From: Trypanosoma brucei | Taxonomy: Eukaryota | Direction of reading: 5' to 3' | DNA: 64,000 bases | Assembly (NCBI GenBank): GCA_000002445.1 | Contig: CM000208.1 | Location: 3,264,001-3,328,000, forward strand | Shown here: positions 43,754 to 54,639 of the stretch, in pieces | How positions within the stretch are numbered: position 1 is the first letter of the stretch | Layout: each line of letters begins with the position of its first letter | Position numbers and translations under genes: made by a program | The notes under the pieces: model-generated | Told to the model about the DNA's origin: nothing | What the model saw: only the letters and a program-made list of their open reading frames with translations | Database searches by the model: none

Positions 43754-44782
43754 TCAAACACGTGCTTTGCCACAGTTTGAACAAAACTTGCTTTGAGGAG
43801 AACGAAATATAGCTGCGCAACTGCCGCAGTGTGGTGGCAGCGGCTGAACGGGGGTGGGTGCCGAAGCTCGAATGCTCGGCAGCAGTCCTTGCTGTGGTGA
43901 ATTATTGTGCGAAATCGCACCTCTAGATGATCCGATGCGGGGGGTACATTGGCCTTGCTTTCTGTCACACGTGGGGCCACTCAACACCATCTCCCGCACG
44001 GACCATTCAACGTTGCCGAGGGGAAAGAACTCCTCCCGAACCGGTAGTCCACGCTTGATGCGGTCCCCCTCCAACTCAAACACCGTCTCGTGAGCCTCAC
44101 CATTGCAATCGCAAACTACACACAGGAAATGGCTTTCGAACATTCCGCAATAACAGTCCTTGCAACGCCGGTTTTGAGGGTCATGCCTCAAATGACCGTG
44201 GCCACATCGGCACTTTGCAGACCACTGCGATGGGTTCCAGCCGGACCTGCGCGTCAGCCACCCCTCACCTATCTCCTCCGGCTCATTTGGCATATAAACA
44301 TAATGAGGGCAAACACATGAACCACATTTAGGGGCCACCAGCCGACCGCGTGACTGTCGTGGCTCTTCGTGTTCATCTAGTGTATGACCGCAGAAACATC
44401 GATGCTTACCACCAATACGAGCACAGAAATCAGTATTGGCACCGGAGAGCTTGGGTTTCTCACATCTCCATAGCACGTACACTCCCGTCGTCAAAGCTTT
44501 CTTTGCCGCATCGTTCTCCAACCTTAACATTTTCTGAGACTGAGCGGACGGACCAAAGCACTGGATGCCCTGAAGCACCTGCTTTTCAGATGTCGCGTGC
44601 TTCTGGAAGTTCTCTTGTATTATGTTCTTGGCTCGACTTGCGAGATCACGGATTTGCTCGTGTACTTCATCGCTGTTGGCCACCTCTCCGTACCGAGGGG
44701 TGTTCGTCATTTGGAGGGACCCCCGCGGGTCCGTTACCTTCCCACAACCACTAGGGTTACCCGCATTAGACAAAAGACTCAT
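43754..44782 (-). CDS. Cysteine/histidine-rich hypothetical protein (multiple putative zinc-binding clusters, C-terminal zinc ribbon), ~342 aa
   Basis: The first ATG (MSLLSNAGNP) is at 44780-44782. Dense Cys/His patterns are present (CRCGHGHLRHD…CKDCYCG…HFLCVVCDCNGEAH and C-terminal HCGSC…CSNCGKARV). Confidence 0.45.
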   Translation of the reverse strand: MSLLSNAGNPSGCGKVTDPRGSLQMTNTPRYGEVANSDEVHEQIRDLASRAKNIIQENFQKHATSEKQVLQGIQCFGPSAQSQKMLRLENDAAKKALTTGVYVLWRCEKPKLSGANTDFCARIGGKHRCFCGHTLDEHEEPRQSRGRLVAPKCGSCVCPHYVYMPNEPEEIGEGWLTRRSGWNPSQWSAKCRCGHGHLRHDPQNRRCKDCYCGMFESHFLCVVCDCNGEAHETVFELEGDRIKRGLPVREEFFPLGNVEWSVREMVLSGPTCDRKQGQCTPRIGSSRGAISHNNSPQQGLLPSIRASAPTPVQPLPPHCGSCAAIFRSPQSKFCSNCGKARV

Positions 44783-45341
44783 CAGCAGCCGCACGAATTA
44801 TCTCCAGGTTGAAGGATGGAGTGAACAGAATATGTACGTCCGTGCAAGCACGAAGGATACTGAAAACGATGCACTCGGTTCTGATGTTGCACCTCTGGTA
44901 AGCCAGAGAACCTTCAAATAAACAAATAGAAAGAAAGAAAGAAGTAAATTTGCTACAAATTCAACTAGAATAACGTCGCCGTTCGGCTACACCACACCGC
45001 GGAACCCTCATATACGGTAAAGTTCCCTCCTGCGAGGGAAGAAGAAAGCCCGATATTTCGTTTCGCACACTCACATGAGGGGCGCCTTTAACATGCTTCT
45101 TTTTTCTTGAGGACGGGGACCCGCTCCCCTACCTCCACCGGGAAAATAATAACAACAGTTAATCAATTACCGTATACCAAGATATTCGATAAGCCGCGAT
45201 TTTCTCCAACTGTGGAACTACCAAAAAAGAAAAAAAACACTGTTGCTGGAGAAACCCCCTAAGGTCACAACCAACGCCTGGATTAGTCCATATAATTTCT
45301 TAGCATAAGGAGTGTCACGCCAAAAACAAAGACCGCTGGGA

Positions 45342-46484
45342 TCAAATAACCTCTTCTAGAAACGCAGACCGGGGCACCTCAAAACATTTAGAGAGGGGCA
45401 CATCTTTCATTAGCTTCCACGTCACTGCTGCTGCACACAGTTTCGTCACCACATCCGCGTCACGGATGTCGTGATAGCCCTCGATAATCCCTTCGGTGCG
45501 TGTGTTATGTCTTTCCTCTGCTCGGTTTATCGATAATGCCGTCGGAAGATCGACGATACCGTTAAACACTGCAAGGGGCAAAATGAGGCTACTGGTAAAC
45601 TGCGCCGCTACACATAGTGCGACTACCTGGTACGGGTTCATAGACATCGCTAGAAGTGCGTCACGAACTTTGAAGGTCGCTCTCGGGGGAATTAGAGGGT
45701 GCCCAATGCCCACAATACGTGGCACACTCACCTCGAACGCGTGTGAAAACCACTCCGTAACGGGGTTGATGGTACGGTCCTGTTCTTCCACTATAGGGGG
45801 CGATCGAAAGTACATGTTGTCATTCTGATAGAAGGACATTAAGTAGTCGATGCGAGGTGTGATCATTTGCGGCGCGACAGTCAGAGCTCCGCTGCACATG
45901 TCACTCAAAGGCATCAAAAGTTTGTTCAGATAATCCTTTTGTTCTGAAAACTCACGGGCGCATGCATACGCCATGGCCTCGCTGGGAATCGCCAAAACCC
46001 CCCTGGACTCAAATGCCTTTACCTTACGGCCATCCACGAGCACAGTGTACCAACCTTCATGCTCTTCGTCCAGTTTCCGCACATCAACGTCCTTCCAAAA
46101 AACGCGAACTGCGGCGCGCGATGACTCACGAAGGGAGATGTCCATTTGATAAAGCGAATCCTCCTCTAGCACTCGACTTTCCTCCTTCTCCTGTTTATCC
46201 AGTTGTTGGAACAACTTCTCCAGCTCTTCTGGCTCCATTTTAGACCACTCCTCCACCTTGCGCTCTAGTTCAGCTGTAGACAATTCAGCGTGCGCACCAG
46301 GGTCACGGGGAATGCTCTCAAGAATGGCAGAAGTGTCAATGCCCGCGCTGATGCGCCGCTTTGGTTTCTTCGGCGCTACATGAAGTCCGCAGCCGTCATG
46401 TGCGGAAGAACAGAGACGTTGAGGACCGCCGGATAGGCACCAGTGTGCTGCAAGAAAGGTATGAGGCCGTAAAAACTTTCGCAT
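45342..46484 (-). CDS. ATP12/ATPAF2-family F1-ATPase assembly chaperone, ~380 aa
   Basis: The signature block WYTVLVDGRKVKAFESRGVLAIPSEAMAYACAREFSEQ fits the ATP12 consensus (W.V.LDGR.LKTP….L..PS..LA.AIA.EW..Q). The presequence-like N-terminus is MRKFLRPHTFLAAHW. I trimmed the start to the ATG at 46482-46484. The track start is a GTG. Confidence 0.6.
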   Translation of the reverse strand: MRKFLRPHTFLAAHWCLSGGPQRLCSSAHDGCGLHVAPKKPKRRISAGIDTSAILESIPRDPGAHAELSTAELERKVEEWSKMEPEELEKLFQQLDKQEKEESRVLEEDSLYQMDISLRESSRAAVRVFWKDVDVRKLDEEHEGWYTVLVDGRKVKAFESRGVLAIPSEAMAYACAREFSEQKDYLNKLLMPLSDMCSGALTVAPQMITPRIDYLMSFYQNDNMYFRSPPIVEEQDRTINPVTEWFSHAFEVSVPRIVGIGHPLIPPRATFKVRDALLAMSMNPYQVVALCVAAQFTSSLILPLAVFNGIVDLPTALSINRAEERHNTRTEGIIEGYHDIRDADVVTKLCAAAVTWKLMKDVPLSKCFEVPRSAFLEEVI

Positions 46485-47101
46485 GACAAGCACTACCTCC
46501 TCCTTTTCGAAATGCTAACTGTGTACCCACCAGTAACAACAGGCAGCTGAAAATGCTATACTGCGACTCGTTAAGTGGGCTGGGGCCCTTTCCTCCTAAG
46601 CATGGAAGAAGCACGTTTATAGTCACAAAAGAGTCAGATTCACAATTATAATTAGGTTGGTTCCAGGGAGAGAGAGAGACAAGGTATATGCCAAAACAGA
46701 ACTCAGGTTTGTTGCACGTGACTACAATATTGTTATAATTATTTTTTTTCGTCCTGCCCCGACGGTTTAACGATGCCGGACAGCCGCCCCGCGTAAGCCG
46801 GTAGGAATAACAGAAGGAGGTGGGGTGCCGCCCCGAAGAAAGGAACGCAAATTTGAGAAATATTTCGTATGTACAAACGGAGAAGGACAGCCACATAACA
46901 GGCACAGACACAGCCGCATAATTGGCAGCAAATATTGTCGTGCTGTCATCGCGCAGCAGTAATATGTTCCCCTCATGTTACTTTCACCCTTCCTCTTTCT
47001 CTCTCCTCCATCCCAGATAGACACCGAGAGTCAGTTTCAGGAAGGAAGTTCGTTTTTCTCCTTCCAACTGATGGGACATACCCCCCTCGGTTTTGGTGGA
47101 A

Positions 47102-48061
47102 CTAGAACAAATCGTAACGTAACTCTACTGGGATCTTATCCCGATCCTGCTCACAGAAAAATTCGTCCATTTTCCACTCACGGACTGCGTTTGGACGGTT
47201 CACGGCATCGAAGTGCGCGGGTTCAGAGAGTGGTTGGGGCAAACTCAGTCTCTCTGGACCGTAATTGAAGTCATAAAATGATTTCTGGAGCAGCGTTACT
47301 TCCCCGTTTTCTGGCCGACATTTCGAGTCCTTGAGCACCTCAAGGAACTCAAACGTCCAGCGCGTGATGACAGTGAAGCCTGATGGGGGGTCAAGGTGGT
47401 GCGAGTAGCTATCCAAATGCGCTTCGGAAGAGGCGAGGCAAACGACATTTGGTGCTTTTATCTCAAGACACAAGGAAAGCGCACGGCATGTGTCAACAAG
47501 AAAAACTAGTTTACGATATCGTCGCTGTTCCCACATCATCATGAGGGTGTCCGCAATGTCTGTTGAGCTCATGAACTCCGAGTCCTGAAACTTGAAGAAT
47601 TTCTCAGCTGAGTGGCCAGCAGCGTAAATGATTATGTTCGAGTTCTCGTCGGTGTCGAGACGCCGTGAAGGAGGAGTATTCTCATCATATCGGCCCTGCA
47701 GGACGCCAAGGAACCGGCGAACACCGACATCGTAGCTCGCGTAGTCCACTCTAATATTGCAGCCGTATAGATTCGGTTGCTCCGCTTGGGCAGGTGCTCC
47801 GTAAATTGTCGCTGGGTTGGGTTTGCGGGGATCGCAGGCGTAGCTATCGCTAAGAAAGACAAGGATGTGGTCGTCATCCATCCCGTGTTTTCGACACAAA
47901 TGGTACATGGCCAGCGCATTCGTTGTATGACGGAGATTAAAGAAGTAACGGGAGGAGGACAGGATGACGGCCCAGGTGTTGGTTTTATTCATACCATGAA
48001 AGCCTTCCGCGGCCGGCGCTAAGAAGAGGTTGGCCACGAGCCACAGTAACATGGGCAACAT
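47102..48061 (-). CDS. GPI8: GPI-anchor transamidase catalytic subunit GPI8 (C13 cysteine peptidase), ~319 aa
   Basis: C13/legumain-like core. TNTWAVILSSSRYFFNLRHTTNALAMYHLCRKHG carries the catalytic His. The catalytic Cys lies in VFLVDTCRALSL. The signal peptide is MLPMLLWLVANLFLAPAA, with the first ATG at 48059-48061 (the track start is a TTG). The length matches what I recall for kinetoplastid GPI8. Confidence 0.85.
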   Translation of the reverse strand: MLPMLLWLVANLFLAPAAEGFHGMNKTNTWAVILSSSRYFFNLRHTTNALAMYHLCRKHGMDDDHILVFLSDSYACDPRKPNPATIYGAPAQAEQPNLYGCNIRVDYASYDVGVRRFLGVLQGRYDENTPPSRRLDTDENSNIIIYAAGHSAEKFFKFQDSEFMSSTDIADTLMMMWEQRRYRKLVFLVDTCRALSLCLEIKAPNVVCLASSEAHLDSYSHHLDPPSGFTVITRWTFEFLEVLKDSKCRPENGEVTLLQKSFYDFNYGPERLSLPQPLSEPAHFDAVNRPNAVREWKMDEFFCEQDRDKIPVELRYDLF

Positions 48062-48721
48062 CACCTTCCGGTTGCAAAAAACGAATGCTGGAAATAAATA
48101 TGCAAGCGCCTGATCCAACTAATCGGATACTATGTACTCAACCTAAGTGCCGTCGGTTTCTCCTTCCACGTCAGCACACTTCAGGTTAATGCAACCCTTT
48201 ACCAACTCTTCCCTTGCCACTTGTTTGAAACCTTTGTGCCTATCCTCGTCCGTGCTGGTGCGAACCCAGTACTCGGTGATGGGGACTACAACTTAAATTT
48301 CTTATTTAACTTGACTATCTAACACTTTTCTTCGTGTCACTATGGTGGGAAAACGAGGATTTTCTTTTTAAAAAAAAAAGCGAACGAAGGTGAAGCAAGC
48401 GGTACCTACTGTTCGACGCTCAAAATGAAGCGGATCAAACACCGCAACCTCGGAACTGTTCCCATCGTACGGAACCCAACCAAACACAAACGGGTATGTA
48501 TCTAAGGATCTTAGACTGCACATTTTGATGATATTGCCACCAATGCTGAGAAACGGGCACATGCCGACTCATTCCGGTCCCCCCCCCTCGCAAGTGGCTA
48601 CGAGTGGGGCACATATCACTCACCCGCAACGAATGCTCCCACAAGGGAAAAGTGCGCGCGAATACACTGACGCCCCACCAAATTCTCCGTATTTTCTTAC
48701 TGTTTTAAGGGCTGACAGCTA

Positions 48722-50026
48722 CTACGTCAGAAGGCGCTCACTGCTATCCATCTGCTGCAGCCGCGGAGGCATCCGCATATGGGTGATGGGTATTTCATAC
48801 TCGTTGGCGCAACCGAGAAACGAATGGGCCGTCGAACACCCTTTCCCGTCACTGCCTGCCGAAGACCCCATGGGGCCGTTCCGCCAAATCATATCAAACC
48901 CACCGACACGCACCTCGTCGCCCGTTCTCCGTTTCTCGAGGTCAACAACATTGAACATATCCTCAAGCAGGTTAAACTTCAGGTGGTAGTCGGCAGGCGT
49001 TTCGGCTGAGAGTGATGGCGAAGCATTCGTTTCTATAAGCCACGGATGCAAATCACTGTCAATCATGATATCGTAACCGTAAAGTTCAAAGCAGTGTTTG
49101 TCCTGGACAATTACCCTCTGCACAGCATTCAAGGAACGGAGAATCATATTCTGTATGTCGTCAAAAAGCTTCTGCGCCACCTGGACCCCACACGACGCTG
49201 TAATGTACTGCCTCAGGTTTCGAAGCCCATACTTGCACCCAGAGGAGGGTGTATATTTCGGGTTCGTTTTCTGCACGGCAACATTTGTTACGTGAATAAA
49301 TGTGTTATCAATATCTTTGAGGGAAAACCGCTGGTGGCAGAAGCGAGCAAAACCCGTGCGATGCAACCACACTGTCAGAGGCGAGTAGGAGGTTACGAGA
49401 ACGTACACACGCAGGTCATACTTCTTTCCACCGACCAAATGAGGGTTCTCAATATAACGCTGTGCTAGGTACGGTTCCACTTGCTCTGTGCCGTACGTGG
49501 AGCCACACTTTTCACCGTTAAGGCCGCCCTGTCGGGCCTTGTATTCCCTGCGCCACTCTGATATCTGAGATATTTTTGAGAAAAGGAATATGCCTTTTCC
49601 CTGTGCCTTCGCGGGGGGCTTCATAATCCAAACCGCATTGGGCTGACGCCGGAATTCCATCTCAAAAAGTCCGTAGTCCTGTGGAAGAGAAAAAGTTGTG
49701 GGAAAGAAATCGAACTCCGTTGCCTCCTCCGACCGGCCCTCACGCTCCAAGGTCTTGCGCATCCGCTTCAAATTCTTCACCATGAGATCCTTTCGCGTTA
49801 GTTCAAAGTGATTACGAAAGTGATTAATCCGCTGTGCATCGTCCAAACGCACATGGTCATACGCTTCACGGATCCAGCACACGTCAGCCCAAAAGAGGTC
49901 CCAGGCAAGTTCACTATCCGTCTCCAGCCAACCACGACTGCGCATCACGTCAAGCACTGTATTGCGCAGAAATGTACGGAAGCGTATTGGACCTACCCTG
50001 CCCCGGCGCTCCCCTACCGCCGGCAT
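48722..50026 (-). CDS. Tubulin-tyrosine-ligase-like (TTLL) enzyme, 434 aa
   Basis: ATG at 50024-50026. TTL-domain blocks are present: WIMKPPAKAQGKGIFLF (ATP-grasp P-loop-like), YLAQRYIENPHLVGGKKYDLRVYVLVTS and HPWLIETNASPSL. Confidence 0.7.
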   Translation of the reverse strand: MPAVGERRGRVGPIRFRTFLRNTVLDVMRSRGWLETDSELAWDLFWADVCWIREAYDHVRLDDAQRINHFRNHFELTRKDLMVKNLKRMRKTLEREGRSEEATEFDFFPTTFSLPQDYGLFEMEFRRQPNAVWIMKPPAKAQGKGIFLFSKISQISEWRREYKARQGGLNGEKCGSTYGTEQVEPYLAQRYIENPHLVGGKKYDLRVYVLVTSYSPLTVWLHRTGFARFCHQRFSLKDIDNTFIHVTNVAVQKTNPKYTPSSGCKYGLRNLRQYITASCGVQVAQKLFDDIQNMILRSLNAVQRVIVQDKHCFELYGYDIMIDSDLHPWLIETNASPSLSAETPADYHLKFNLLEDMFNVVDLEKRRTGDEVRVGGFDMIWRNGPMGSSAGSDGKGCSTAHSFLGCANEYEIPITHMRMPPRLQQMDSSERLLT

Positions 50027-50621
50027 TGAAAATGTCCTGCCCTCCAGCTAACAAGCGAAGCCTGGGTATAATAAATAAAATTTCTTCACTCACACCCGCA
50101 CACAAAACGCACCAAGTGCGCAGTGTTTCCGCTTAGAGAATCCTCTGCGATGGACTAATATATGAGTGCGAATATACCTTTCTGTGTGTTGCGGTCCGTA
50201 CGCTTATGTTGTGAGTGGGGAGGGAAACAAATAATAGAACAATCAAAAAATAATACGACAGGGGAAAAAGATAGAGCATCAATATGCTAAAACAACAAAC
50301 GGAGCAGCGACTCCTACTGGTGGGTGCCTACGCATGATGTCCAGCATGAATGCACACCCCCCACACACACAAAAGCAGTGAGTGTAATGACGACAAGCTA
50401 ACAAAACCATGCTGTTAGGTCAGCACATTTTGCCAACTAATCGAGCACACAAGCCTCCCCATGGTGTTCACAACCTCATGTCAACACTCTAAGACCAATT
50501 GATCCCGCACCGGTGGCGCGCCGAGTGACGTGTAAGACATCACAACCAGCACACGACTGCACGCGTAAGGGGGAGGGGCAGTGTAAGGTATACCGTCAAC
50601 TTTCATCGAAAGCCGCAGCGT

Positions 50622-53600
50622 TTACCAAGCCGATAGAGTTTGAACCTTAGAGGTTAGACCAAAAACCTGCACGTAAGAGTGGAGCACATCCCCCCTTCCC
50701 GAACGAAGTAGCGTGTGAATGTGACGCAAACGCACGCGATGATACGCGGAACAAAAATCTAGGAGCGCACCCATTCTTGCTGAACACAGGGAAGGAGACC
50801 ACTCGAAGCATGTAGTGAGCATCTTGAAGCACAACTCAGATTCACTTTCCTCCATAGAAGGGCAACCAGCAACGTGCACTGCCACTTCATGAAATATGTC
50901 ACCGATAGTCTGTTCTTCTATAAGGGGCACACTCCCATCGTAATCATCTTCATGATTTAGAACCGTGTCAACCGTTGCGAGTATCTCTAAAAGAAATGTG
51001 TTACCAAGGCATCGCACCAGGTACGTTAAGAGGAGAGTCCAGCAGTTACCGGCATTCAGCTGCGCTCGAATCTGTGCTCCAAAGTACCCCTTCGATGAAA
51101 GAGCAGCCGTGATAGTATTAAACACAGTTTTGCGCCGCTTGGTGTGCGACATGATCAACTCAACCGGGGTAGATATTACAGCCACCAGGAACTGATAGAA
51201 CCTTGAGAGGAATTCCTCGTTGTACACCAGCACAACACCCAAGTTGCACCACTCGCCATCAATCAGACTACTCATAATACTGGACATGTTGTACACCAAA
51301 AGTTCGTTACTCTGTGAAAAGGGCGGCGACTGCAAAAATAACTCGGAATTTGTTTCGGTAATGCCATACGAACCTACGCCGGCACGCAAGGCAAATGTGG
51401 CGAAACTAAACAAACTATAATGTGCTTCACACGCCTTGTCGTCATGTAATAGTCCCTTCGCCAAATCGCACAACCTCGCACACAATTCCACCAACAGAGG
51501 CACAATCGTGGCATCCGCACACAACAGATCTTCAAATATAGCGTGACTTTCACTAACGGCATCAAGGAGCCAATAAAGGGGTTCTGGCTGATGAATACCC
51601 TCAGCAACAGCGATAAGGTCCCCAATTAGAATATGCGAATTCGACACTTGCCGGGCACCCTCAATTATGTTGGCGACGATGCGCGGAAACAGGTCAAACG
51701 TCGGGAAGCCAGCATAGTGGCGCGACTCCACAAAGAATGTCAGGGCGGTAAATAGCCCCGACCTCGCTGCCCTCTCCTCTTTAGGAAAATCACCGCCAGT
51801 CGTACGCAACAGGAAAATGCGGTCCTCTTTGACTGCTGTTAAAAGTGACGTCATCTTACCTGAAGACAAAAAGCAACCGCGTACACCCTGCCCTAGAACT
51901 TTCATTAAAAGGTTGTTCGCATCGGAAACAAGAACGGCCTTGTCACTGTGGTACATATACACATAACGCACAAGACTTGCTAGAATCTCATAAAACTCTC
52001 GGTACCCCTCGTGTTGCGACTCGTACACGCAGCCACAATAGAAGAAGAGAGAACGCAGTACCCCCACGTGAATCTTCGAGTTGCTCACCCCCCAGTCGGT
52101 AACATCACTATTGAAATCGCCCTCGCACACGTTACCAACAGAAGCACCGTCTACGTCTCCACTATCCATGTCCATGAACGAAAGTCCTTCTAAAAATGCT
52201 GTTGTGAGGGTGTCTGTGGCAGTCACGAGACCCTGTGCAAACTGTCCGATGATATCAATCACTTTGTCACCGTTCCGCGCCGTGTCGTTAAGCATAGCGA
52301 TCGCCACGGCAGCAATAATGACAGAGAGACGAGAAAGGCAGACGTGTGTGATAAAAAGAAACACATTTGTTTCCTTCAAAGCACAGGGTAGTGCATCTTG
52401 GTTGATTGCAAGAGACAGCATAAGTTCGCCCAGTCTCTCCTTATCACCCGACCCACGCAGCTCTACGCATGCTTCATACTGCTCAATTGTGGTGACTAAT
52501 CGCTCCACGATTAAACTGTACAAATCTATTTGTTCACAAAAAAACATTTCCGCTATAGGGAGTAGTGTCTTCTCGTTGTGTAACATGACACCTACATCCG
52601 ACCGAAGTTCATTGGAATCCTCCTGTAAATGGGCCTTGCTAACAACGTTCTCAAAGTAACACTGCCCAACCCGGAGAAGTGTTGATGCAAGCGGTAACGC
52701 CCGTGGATCCTCGCATCCTTGACCATTTAAGGCAACTACGCGCGGAATTACCCGATCACCGAATAGGTAGAAGAGATGCATGACCTCCCGCCGGATTTCC
52801 TCCTCATCATCATCCCAGCGGTCTAGCAACCCCTGAGCAGCTCCCGCCCACATTTCAATCAACTGCGGACGGTTGTACAAGTACACTGACACCTTCCCCT
52901 CATCGCGGTCGAACACGTTAACAAGTAGCGTGCAACTTAACTGTAGCAAGTGAGTGAGGCCAGTAGAAGTATATAAAGTCAACAGGTCACCGGTAAGTTC
53001 CAGAAACATGTCGTTTAACGCGTTTCGTGCGCTGAACCATTCTGGATCAAGACAAACAATAGCTGATACCACGCGTAAAAGCTGCGCGCACTGCCCACCT
53101 AACTCCATTGTCGGATCGGCGAGCAGCGCCCGCCCACAACTCTGGGCAGCGACCGTTAGAGCGGGAAACCAGCCGGATGCGTCCTCCAGAAAAACGCTGT
53201 CGTGTGTGGTCAGCCGCACAGTGATCAAAGGCTCTGCTGGGGAAGAAGGAATCGACTCGAGGACCGCACAGCAGACCTCCAGTGCGGTTCGCCCATGCTC
53301 GGCGATATGTCCTACTCCTAGTTGAAAGAATGACGGAAGGATGTCGTGGACAAACGCCGTGCGAAGGTAGCCTAATGTTCCTTTGGATTCCTGCTCTGCA
53401 ATATGGTTGATCACTACTAACGCACACTCCAACACATCCTCTGTGGGGAAATGTCCAGTAAGTTCTTCAATAATGTGATCGCCGATCCCCTTTGAGCCCG
53501 CATCGAGCGTGACTACCGTTAACCGCCAATTAATATAAAAGGCAGCCGCATAGATCGCGTACAACTCGTTCCTCACATATGACGGGAGCGCCTCCTCCTG

Positions 53601-53882
53601 CTCTCGAATCCTATTAAGGTAACTCAAAACGTAACTCTGCATATCCCTTCTCTCTTGAGGGCCAAGCTCATTGCTCACAATATACCGCAATGCCTTCCCG
53701 ATGATGAACCGCAAATAATTACTAGTAGCCTGCGGTAGCAGCAGCTTCAAGGCTTCATAGTTGTCATAGCAGCTCATGGTACGGAGCCGAGTCGCCGCAC
53801 GATCCCGGACAGTTTTATCCGGTGCCTTTAGCATTTCTTCGGCAAGTTGGGAGAGCACCCCAATATTCATCTGATCCATCAT
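50622..53882 (-). CDS. Exportin-7 (RanBP16)-like karyopherin-beta, ~1086 aa, all-helical HEAT/ARM repeats
   Basis: The N-terminal importin-beta-N-like region (…LLLPQATSNYLRFIIGKALRYIVSN…RRDMQSYVLSYL…) resembles the XPO7 N-terminus. Size matches the ~1087-aa XPO7 family. The first ATG is at 53880-53882. Confidence 0.6.
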   Translation of the reverse strand: MMDQMNIGVLSQLAEEMLKAPDKTVRDRAATRLRTMSCYDNYEALKLLLPQATSNYLRFIIGKALRYIVSNELGPQERRDMQSYVLSYLNRIREQEEALPSYVRNELYAIYAAAFYINWRLTVVTLDAGSKGIGDHIIEELTGHFPTEDVLECALVVINHIAEQESKGTLGYLRTAFVHDILPSFFQLGVGHIAEHGRTALEVCCAVLESIPSSPAEPLITVRLTTHDSVFLEDASGWFPALTVAAQSCGRALLADPTMELGGQCAQLLRVVSAIVCLDPEWFSARNALNDMFLELTGDLLTLYTSTGLTHLLQLSCTLLVNVFDRDEGKVSVYLYNRPQLIEMWAGAAQGLLDRWDDDEEEIRREVMHLFYLFGDRVIPRVVALNGQGCEDPRALPLASTLLRVGQCYFENVVSKAHLQEDSNELRSDVGVMLHNEKTLLPIAEMFFCEQIDLYSLIVERLVTTIEQYEACVELRGSGDKERLGELMLSLAINQDALPCALKETNVFLFITHVCLSRLSVIIAAVAIAMLNDTARNGDKVIDIIGQFAQGLVTATDTLTTAFLEGLSFMDMDSGDVDGASVGNVCEGDFNSDVTDWGVSNSKIHVGVLRSLFFYCGCVYESQHEGYREFYEILASLVRYVYMYHSDKAVLVSDANNLLMKVLGQGVRGCFLSSGKMTSLLTAVKEDRIFLLRTTGGDFPKEERAARSGLFTALTFFVESRHYAGFPTFDLFPRIVANIIEGARQVSNSHILIGDLIAVAEGIHQPEPLYWLLDAVSESHAIFEDLLCADATIVPLLVELCARLCDLAKGLLHDDKACEAHYSLFSFATFALRAGVGSYGITETNSELFLQSPPFSQSNELLVYNMSSIMSSLIDGEWCNLGVVLVYNEEFLSRFYQFLVAVISTPVELIMSHTKRRKTVFNTITAALSSKGYFGAQIRAQLNAGNCWTLLLTYLVRCLGNTFLLEILATVDTVLNHEDDYDGSVPLIEEQTIGDIFHEVAVHVAGCPSMEESESELCFKMLTTCFEWSPSLCSARMGALLDFCSAYHRVRLRHIHTLLRSGRGDVLHSYVQVFGLTSKVQTLSAW

Positions 53883-54639
53883 CAACTATCGCTTCCCACC
53901 TCCCTACACCACGTCCGAAGATTGCACTTTTTACTTCCTCCCTTCCACCTTCTCTGTTCTTGTATTTTTCAGCTTTTTCTCCGTACAAATATGTGGAATT
54001 CTGTCACTAATTGTTTCGGTGGTGACGTAGAATCAAGTAAAAAAAGGACGTACGCACCGACCTTAGAGGATTAAAAGATAACAAGAACAAACAAGTTTTG
54101 AGTATTCGGCAGCATGTCAGGTATTTAAGTCCCTCAATGAGATGGAGACTGGCAGAGCGGTGAAGTGGAAATATATATTATACTCACCCTCAAACTTATG
54201 CAACGCAACTTCCCACCCCACGCTGCAGTCTCACTAAATCTATGCACAATCCTCATTTTACATGTTGTGCCGTGTCGGGCCTCATCCTGGATATTCATTC
54301 GTACAGTGCACCTCCCTACAAGCTCCACCGATATACAGATAATGGGTAGGGCCCACTCCGTAATATGGGTTACATCTGGAGTCGGCCAAAACAAATTTTC
54401 ATTCAGTTTTGTGAATGGTGGAAGTGTGGAAGAACGCCAACAAACAAAATGATAAGAGTTTTCCCACGTATACGATCTATTATAAACACAGAACAAAACT
54501 AGGTGACACTCACGACCCGCTCCATCGATACAACAAATAAAAAATAACGTGGACACCTAGAGAAGGTGGAAATAACGTCAAAACCAAAAGCTGGCGCCCT
54601 CATGTGCAGCACATCGATTGGGTAAAACCTTCCTGTACA

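Noticed and set aside
46396-46911. 171-aa minus-strand ORF overlapping the 5' end of the ATP12 gene
   Set aside because: It is in a different frame and overlaps the ATP12 N-terminus by ~100 nt. Its composition is low-complexity and T-rich. It most likely lies in the 5'UTR or spacer.
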